Below are positions 58,249-64,000 of a DNA stretch of 64,000 bases, one piece after another; the stretch's first letter is position 1, and every line of letters begins with the position of its first letter. Source of the stretch: an uncultured Acidobacteriaceae bacterium. GTDB taxonomy: Bacteria > Acidobacteriota > Terriglobia > Terriglobales > Acidobacteriaceae. The notes under the pieces are model-generated. The model ran no database searches and was not told the origin of the DNA. It saw only the letters and a list, made by a program, of their open reading frames with translations. The DNA lies in contig CAVZUO010000001.1 in assembly GCA_963778535.1 (NCBI GenBank), forward strand, positions 337,412-401,411. The letters run 5' to 3'. The position numbers were made by a program, and so were the translations under genes.

Positions 58249-58473
58249 ATGGAAGTCCATTTCACCCCCGAGCAAGAAGCGCAATTATCCCAAATTGCCA
58301 GTCATGCCGGTACGGATACCGAGCGCTTGGTAAAGGATGCCGCCTTGCGTCTGCTCGAGCAGGACGCGCGGTTTCGCGCCGCCGTGCGCGAGGGCATCGC
58401 GCAGGCCGACCGGGGGGAGTTTATCGAAGAGGAAGAAATGGAAGCGCGCATCGAGCGGATGCTTAACTCCTGA
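58249..58473 (+). CDS. Type II antitoxin (ribbon-helix-helix/ParD-like)
   Basis: 74 aa, ...AAVREGIAQADRGEFIEEEEMEARIERML. The stop overlaps the toxin start (TGATG). Confidence 0.65.
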   Translation: MEVHFTPEQEAQLSQIASHAGTDTERLVKDAALRLLEQDARFRAAVREGIAQADRGEFIEEEEMEARIERMLNS

Positions 58474-58745
58474 TGCGCATTCGCTGGACGCCCACAGCCG
58501 CAGCGGACTTGCAAAACATCTACGACTACCTCAAAGAGCACGAGCCTCATTTAGCCCGGCCCACTGTCATTGAAATCCGTAAGTCCGCCCAGTCATTAAG
58601 AAAGTTCCCGCTGCGTGGGCGCAACGGACGCGAAGAGGGCACCCGCGAATTATTGCAGCGGCGCTTACCACATATCATCGCCTACCGCGTGAAGGACGGT
58701 GCCGTTGAAATTCTGCACATCTGGCATCCAGCGCAGGATCGGTAG
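58473..58745 (+). CDS. RelE/ParE-family toxin
   Basis: 90 aa. MRIRWTPTAAADLQNIYDYL...REL......IIAYRV.DG.VEILHIWH fits the family. Confidence 0.75.
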   Translation: MRIRWTPTAAADLQNIYDYLKEHEPHLARPTVIEIRKSAQSLRKFPLRGRNGREEGTRELLQRRLPHIIAYRVKDGAVEILHIWHPAQDR

Positions 58746-58746
58746 C

Positions 58747-58866
58747 CTTGCCCGCCCCATTGGAACCGACCAATCCAACTTCTTCGCCGGGATTCAACTG
58801 AAACGAACCATCCGCGAAGAGCAACTGCTTGCCATACTGCTTATTGATGTCTGAGAAAGAGATCAT
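58747..58866 (-). pseudogene. Stranded duplicate of the first 40 codons of the ABC-F gene
   Basis: It aligns with 56397-56516 with 8 mismatches in about 120 nt (manual alignment). It reads MISFSDINKQYGKQLLFADGSFQLNPGEEVGLVGSNGAGK, then homology ends. Confidence 0.8.
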
Positions 58867-59052
58867 TTTGAGAAGCAGGTCGGGTGCCGTGCCGCTTCCA
58901 GTGTAGCGTGGGCGGAAAATTGCCGGCTAACGTCGGCGTTGATTATTGAAGGTTTGCTCGCGATCCAGGAGCCAGTCCTCCTTGTCGCCTAAAGATTCTG
59001 TTTGTCAGATTCTTGCCCAGACTCATATATGAAGAACTACTACTTTTCAGGC

Positions 59053-59979
59053 CTAATTTATGAAACGGTGAATTGCCTGGTTGGCGTTATCTTGAAATGA
59101 AGTATTTTTCAAATCAGCAAAAAAGGTGCTCTGGTCCACCATGCTCCCCGATAACTTACCCTCTTTGCTGGCATAAAAAACGCCGCTTTTGTACCGCTCA
59201 TCCGAAATGGCATCTACAAAGCGTTTTGCACCTACTTCCAGCGTATGCACCATTCCGCCCATCAATGGGAATACAATAGGCATCATCACATACTTCAACA
59301 TAAACCGCATGGCCGGGGGAAGACTATCTGGCGCCTGAGTTCCTTTTGTATTTCCTGGGCTCACAACAATAAACTTGAGCTTAGGATATTTTCTTGCCAT
59401 TGATAACGTCCACATGGTTTCTGCATACTTGACATATGCGTATGCTTGCAATGCATTGAACTTATTACCAAAATATGATCCATCAAGAACAGCAGCAAAC
59501 TCACCTACAGAAGAAGTCCTCATTGAAACTGGTTTTACTCCGAGCATCTTTACTCCTGGAACAGCTTCCGCACTGACTGATAGAACTGTTTTCCTTAAAT
59601 TGTCCCGTTTAATTAATTCCTCCACTAGAATTACATTACCTAAAATATTCGTAGCAGCTAATTGATTCATACCGGAAGGCGTAGATTTCGCAGCCGTTTT
59701 CCCAACTACTCCACCTGCATTTAAAATTATTGCATCAATAGGTTCCTTTATTTCTTCTACTGCTTTTCTTACAGAATTTGCATCCGTAACATCCCCGATA
59801 ATAATTTCAAAAATCTTTTTCCCCGTTTTCTCCTGAAGGTCTTTTTTTGCCGCCTCTGCTCTCGCTTGATTTCTGCAAAAAAGAATTACCTGTTTTGTTT
59901 CTTTTTTCAATGCTAACTGTCGGGCAGTCTCTTTCCCAAGCCCAATATTTGCTCCGGTTATTAAGATACTTTCGTTCAT
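59053..59979 (-). CDS. Short-chain dehydrogenase/reductase (SDR) family oxidoreductase
   Basis: ITGANIGLGKE (TGxxxGxG) and YAYVK (YxxxK), 308 aa. The composition is markedly AT-rich. Confidence 0.85.
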   Translation of the reverse strand: MNESILITGANIGLGKETARQLALKKETKQVILFCRNQARAEAAKKDLQEKTGKKIFEIIIGDVTDANSVRKAVEEIKEPIDAIILNAGGVVGKTAAKSTPSGMNQLAATNILGNVILVEELIKRDNLRKTVLSVSAEAVPGVKMLGVKPVSMRTSSVGEFAAVLDGSYFGNKFNALQAYAYVKYAETMWTLSMARKYPKLKFIVVSPGNTKGTQAPDSLPPAMRFMLKYVMMPIVFPLMGGMVHTLEVGAKRFVDAISDERYKSGVFYASKEGKLSGSMVDQSTFFADLKNTSFQDNANQAIHRFIN

Positions 59980-60286
59980 ATTTTCTATCCTTTTTAGGTT
60001 ATTAATGAGCGGCCGTTTCCTTTACCCGAGCCAAGCTGCGCCCGGTGACGATGACCTAGAGCGTTGGAGCCAACCCTCATGACTTCTCCTTGATTTGCAG
60101 GTCCTCAACTTGTTTGCCCATCGTTCCTCCTCACACGGCCGTGATCCAATCCTTTAGCCGCCTCACTTCCAGCACTTTTCGGTGAAGGCCGAGTCGTGAG
60201 GCCCGCGAGGCCAGAGCCAGCTTGCTATTTGTGAACTATTTGGTTATATATTGGTGGGTGGTGAGTGTCAAGGAGTTTTGAACTAA

Positions 60287-60901
60287 ATGATTCACAAAAC
60301 CGCTAGGCCGCGGGGTCGACCGCGCAGCTTCGACGAGACGGGGGCGCTGGAAAAGGCGACTCAGGTGTTCTGGTCGAAAGGCTACGACGGAGTGACGATT
60401 GACGATCTCGTCGCCGGGATGGGTGTAGGACGGCCGAGCCTGTATGCCGTCTTTGGGGACAAGCGGGCGATATTCTTGCGCGTCCTTAGGGCGTACGCAG
60501 AACGCAAGGGTGCATCAGCCGCAAAGGCACTCCTCTCGCCACAGGGTCTTCGCGACTCGATCGCGGGCTTTCTGAGGTACGCCGTCGAAAGTGCGACCGA
60601 GAAAGGGTCCGCCCGGGGCTGCCTTCTGGTGTGCGTCGCGCCGCTTGTGAACGACGCTGAGGTTCGGCGGTTCCTGCAGAGCACGGTCGAGGGCGGCGCG
60701 GCGCTGGTGGAGCGCCGTTTCCGGGACGGGATCAGTGCGGGAGACATCCCGCCTGACTTTCCGGTAGCCGTGCGCGCGATCCAAGTCACGGATTTTGCTC
60801 GTGGCCTGACCATGCGTGCTCACTTAGGCACGCCGCGCAAGACGCTCCTCAAAGATGCTGAGGAAGCGGCCGACTTGGTGCTCCTGCCGCGGGGCGTCTG
60901 A
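60287..60901 (+). CDS. TetR/AcrR-family transcriptional regulator
   Basis: N-terminal HTH GYDGVTIDDLVAGMGVGRPSLYAVFGDK. It is divergent from the SDR gene. Confidence 0.85.
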   Translation: MIHKTARPRGRPRSFDETGALEKATQVFWSKGYDGVTIDDLVAGMGVGRPSLYAVFGDKRAIFLRVLRAYAERKGASAAKALLSPQGLRDSIAGFLRYAVESATEKGSARGCLLVCVAPLVNDAEVRRFLQSTVEGGAALVERRFRDGISAGDIPPDFPVAVRAIQVTDFARGLTMRAHLGTPRKTLLKDAEEAADLVLLPRGV

Positions 60902-60958
60902 CCGGTTATCGGAAACAATTCACTGAGGAAATGTCTACGAATTTCTGTCCCCCGTGAC

Positions 60959-61897
60959 CTACTGATGCAATGAGAACTGAGACGGCAAAGCTGCCTCAAG
61001 ATCGATCTGTTCGGCGGTGATGGGGTGGTGGAAATTTAGATATCGGGCGTGCAGGAAATATCCTCCATCGCCCGGGAGGCCGGGGAGATTTTCAAGAGGC
61101 TGGCCGGATAAACCGTACAGCGGATCGCCTACCAGCGGATGGCCGATGGATGCCAGATGGATTCTGATTTGATGAGGGCGTCCCGAATTCAGGCTTACCT
61201 CAAATGTTGTGGTGCCTGATGTGCTCCTTGACGCCGTGCTGCTTGACGCCGTGCTGCCTGGCGCCCGTGAGATCACCTTCGCCAATGACTTCGACGGCTT
61301 GCCACTTGGGTTGGCAGCCCACACGGAACCGATGCGCGGGTGTGGTACAAGGCCGATGGGCGTGAGGATTTCGTAGGCGTCGTGCTGAGCGACGCCTTGA
61401 GCCAGCGCCCAATAGATTTTTTGAACTCTCGCGGTGTTCCAGTCCGCGCTTAGTTTAGCGGCGGCCTGCGCTGTTTTGGCGAAGAGAACGATGCCGGTTG
61501 TGCCCCGGCCTAACCGGTGGACAGGGTTTGCGTTGGGGGTTTGCTTTTGCACCAGCCGCAGCAGGGTATTTTCCATGAAGCCGCCGCCGGGGAGGGTGGG
61601 CAGTCCGCCAGGTTTGTTGACGGCCAACAGATGCGGGTCATCAAACAGGACTTCGAAGTGCTGAGGAGAGTCCGGTTCGATCCAGGGTGGACGGTTCCAC
61701 ACAAGGGTTTGGCCTGCAATGAGCGATTCGCTTCCAGCGGCGGTGACGCCGTTGACGGTGACTTCGCAATTGTTCAGTTTTTGTTGCCACGCTTGTGGGG
61801 ATGAGTGTGGGTAAAGGCTTGCCAAGTGGGAGAGCAGGGTTCGCCCATGATAGTTGCTGTTGATGACTGTGGTATAGGCATGGCCCCGGTTGAGCAT
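60959..61897 (-). CDS. RluA-family pseudouridine synthase
   Basis: An S4-like N-terminus, HRLGRGTTGIVLFAK (the catalytic-Asp position reads G-R-G here) and GRPHQIRIHLA. It has an internal Ser/Thr-rich insert from a 15-nt tandem repeat. Confidence 0.8.
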   Translation of the reverse strand: MLNRGHAYTTVINSNYHGRTLLSHLASLYPHSSPQAWQQKLNNCEVTVNGVTAAGSESLIAGQTLVWNRPPWIEPDSPQHFEVLFDDPHLLAVNKPGGLPTLPGGGFMENTLLRLVQKQTPNANPVHRLGRGTTGIVLFAKTAQAAAKLSADWNTARVQKIYWALAQGVAQHDAYEILTPIGLVPHPRIGSVWAANPSGKPSKSLAKVISRAPGSTASSSTASRSTSGTTTFEVSLNSGRPHQIRIHLASIGHPLVGDPLYGLSGQPLENLPGLPGDGGYFLHARYLNFHHPITAEQIDLEAALPSQFSLHQ

Positions 61898-62236
61898 GTG
61901 GTTTGAGTGTAAGCTATGGCAACCGCGGGCGGGAGTGGCTGCGTTGCGAGCGCCACGCTTGAGGGACCACGATGCGAAAAGGGTCTACGAGACGACCACA
62001 ACCGGACGCCCCCGCGACTCCAGTCAAGAACTACATCACGCGGAGCGGCCTCGAGATATCGAGTTTCAAGTGCGGATACGATTCACCGATTTCCGGCGTG
62101 ATCGAAGGCATTTATCGAGCAGTCGGGAACGCCGTACTTCTGCTTCAAAGATCTCGATGAGAACAAGCCTTCAGGCTCGATCAGGATTCCCGTCGAGACC
62201 ATTGACTACTTTTTGCGGCGCTATCGCCGCCTGAGA

Positions 62237-62776
62237 TCAGAGCGGAATCTGCTTATCGCGGACCGCAACAATCTTCCAGCTGTCTCCATCCTTGTGCAGC
62301 TTGAACCAAAGCGTCTGCTTCTTCTTCTCCGTTTCTTTGCTGGCCTCCTGGGTCGGCGGAGGACGCTGGGCTGGGTTCGACATCATGGAATCGCCACTGG
62401 ACTGGCTGTGTGTCACGAGCTTGACCACTTCCTCCATCCGCTGGCAGCGTGCGACCGCGTCGTCTTTCGTGGCCTGGATTTCCTGCGGATTCAGCGTGAC
62501 TTTAATGGACAGAATCTGCTTGTCCTCGAATTGGCCCTTGATTTTCTTGTATTCCTTCTGCTGATTCTTGAGCTCGGGCCAAAGCGCCAACAGATCATCC
62601 ATGTTGCGCCGCTCATTAGCCCCAACATAGGACTTCAGCACGGCCTCGATTGGCGCGCGGTCAGTTTGGGTAGCGGCAGTAGGGGCGGTTGGTGGCGATG
62701 CCGGAGCAGCCTCCTGGGCTGTTCCCAGACACACAAGAACGAACAAGCACAAGAACACAATAATCAATCGATTCAT
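62237..62776 (-). CDS. Hypothetical secreted protein (possibly NTF2/SnoaL-like fold)
   Basis: Signal peptide MNRLIIVFLCLFVLVCLGTAQ. The start is taken at 62776. No firm domain. Confidence 0.45.
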   Translation of the reverse strand: MNRLIIVFLCLFVLVCLGTAQEAAPASPPTAPTAATQTDRAPIEAVLKSYVGANERRNMDDLLALWPELKNQQKEYKKIKGQFEDKQILSIKVTLNPQEIQATKDDAVARCQRMEEVVKLVTHSQSSGDSMMSNPAQRPPPTQEASKETEKKKQTLWFKLHKDGDSWKIVAVRDKQIPL

Positions 62777-62861
62777 AAACAAATTGTGGTCCAGAAGGCA
62801 CTCGATTGTCAAACCGGCAGCGCCTCCACATCAGTAGAGATTTGTCACCTCGACGGCGCGG

Positions 62862-62895
62862 GAAAGAAAAAGGGCGGCCTCTTTTGAGGCCGCCC
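62862..62895 (-). terminator. Intrinsic terminator after the TonB-dependent receptor gene
   Basis: The reverse strand reads GGGCGGCCTC-AAAA-GAGGCCGCCC followed by TTTTTCTTTCC. Confidence 0.7.
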
Positions 62896-62917
62896 TGAAT
62901 TACTACCTAACCTGCTA

Positions 62918-64000
62918 CTAGAAGGTCACCCTAGCCGTCAGTTGAATCAACCGGCCCGAAACAGCGGATCCAACGAACGATCCGTACGGACTGGTCGGCG
63001 GTACCACAGTCTGCTGAATGGATCCAAACTGTCCGCTGCTGATGTCTCCATCCGGATTCGAGAAATTGGGATGGTTGAAGATGTTGTAACCATTCACCCC
63101 AAACCCGACCTTGATTTGCTCCGTGACCGGGAAATTCTTCAGGAGCGCGAAGTCGGAGTTGAAGTAGTGGGCGCCGCGGAAGTAGTTACGGGGGACGTTG
63201 CCAAAGTTGGTCTCCGTGCTAGGACCCATGTCTCCATTGAACTGGTTTCCGTTCAGGCAGGCATTCGGGGTGAATGGCGTGTTGCAGCCAGGGTTTGTTG
63301 GGCCACCGTCGAACGTTGCCAGGTAGGTTCCTGACGAACCGTTGTGGACCTGGCCGCCGACGCCGGTGCCCGGTGCGGAGCCATCGAAAACACTGTACGG
63401 ATATCCGGAGTGATAGAAGAACGTCTGGGATAAGGTCCAGCCGCTCGCCACCATGTTCATTGCTTTGCTGGAAGACTTGAACGGCAGCTCCCAATAGTAG
63501 TTTGCGGTGATGTTGTGACGGACATCGTAATCCGCGTTGCTGTAGTTCAGGCAGTGCAAGCAAGACGGATTCAGCTGGCCGAGCACGCTATCGTTAAGGC
63601 TATAGGGCAGCAGACCACCGTTGGAAACATCGTCCAGCGCATGCGACCAGGTGTAATTGAAGCTGCCGTTGAAGCCCTTAGTCAGGCGACGGGTCACTGT
63701 GGCGGTCAACCCATTGTAGTTGGAGACGCCGCCATTGTAGAGTTCGGTCACGTTGCGGAAGTGACCGTCAGGCCCCTTCAGGAAGCTGCATCCGTACGGG
63801 CAGGTGCCGAGCGTGGGATCGGAAGTGTTGGTTGCCGGAAGGCCGCCAAAAGCATTACCCGAGTATGAGTTCATGAACGGATTGGTAACGAACTCATCGT
63901 ATCCGTGGTTGCCAACATAGTTCAGGATGAACGACGTCTTGTTGTCGAGCTGATGCTGGACCTCGAAGTTCCATTCGAGATACTTGGGGTTCTTCAAGGT
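62918..64000 (-). CDS. TonB-dependent receptor/outer-membrane beta-barrel, C-terminal part (gene continues past the right edge)
   Basis: Alternating beta-strand pattern, ...NADYDVRHN... and the terminal ...LIQLTARVTF with a C-terminal Phe. An intrinsic terminator follows. Confidence 0.65.
   Translation of the reverse strand, partial: TLKNPKYLEWNFEVQHQLDNKTSFILNYVGNHGYDEFVTNPFMNSYSGNAFGGLPATNTSDPTLGTCPYGCSFLKGPDGHFRNVTELYNGGVSNYNGLTATVTRRLTKGFNGSFNYTWSHALDDVSNGGLLPYSLNDSVLGQLNPSCLHCLNYSNADYDVRHNITANYYWELPFKSSSKAMNMVASGWTLSQTFFYHSGYPYSVFDGSAPGTGVGGQVHNGSSGTYLATFDGGPTNPGCNTPFTPNACLNGNQFNGDMGPSTETNFGNVPRNYFRGAHYFNSDFALLKNFPVTEQIKVGFGVNGYNIFNHPNFSNPDGDISSGQFGSIQQTVVPPTSPYGSFVGSAVSGRLIQLTARVTF

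Larger units (their letters stand above)
56517..58746. mobile_element. Putative integrated cassette block (TA modules plus ArsR/SRPBCC) bounded by duplicated ABC-F 5' regions. No recombinase present.
   Basis: Direct repeats lie at 56397-56658 and 58747-58936. The right junction falls 1 nt after a toxin stop codon. Confidence 0.4.

Overview
This is a 64-kb bacterial chromosomal segment. Spot counts of 60-nt lines give about 60% GC over most of it. The gene content (an S53-Ig giant protease, an acidobacterial-style TonB-dependent receptor, many TPR and secreted proteins) and the style of intergenic repeats suggest an Acidobacteriota-like genome. That is inference only, since no database could be searched. 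I support about 58 protein-coding genes or gene fragments and one tRNA. Positions 1-51.7 kb look like core chromosome. They hold dnaK and dnaJ, an S53 peptidase with Ig-like repeats, a GT87 plus polyprenol-P-mannose synthase pair, a Phd/VapC module, a Ser/Thr kinase, glmS, purS, and sigma54, Crp/Fnr and LytTR regulators. They also hold a thiolase, rlmB, an M1-type peptidase, a beta-CASP hydrolase, and an Rrf2-headed operon of three HlyD-type adaptors plus a MacB/FtsX-type permease plus TolC with no ATPase gene. After galE comes a complete hybOABCD-like group 1 [NiFe]-hydrogenase operon and a phosphoesterase. Positions 51.8-60 kb form an accessory, decayed patch. It holds tRNA-Glu(CUC), an integrase remnant, a secreted protein with 129-bp cysteine-rich tandem repeats, and a methyltransferase fragment. 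It also holds an ABC-F gene whose promoter and 5' end are duplicated around a 2.2-kb TA/ArsR cassette block, and a sharply AT-rich SDR gene. Several families of short dispersed palindromic repeats populate the intergenic regions. They distort the naive ORF calls for the kinase and thiolase N-termini and supply the last codons of the GT87 ORF. No CRISPR array, rRNA gene, intact transposase or recognisable defence island was seen. All coordinates and motif matches come from reading the sequence and the supplied ORF track by eye.
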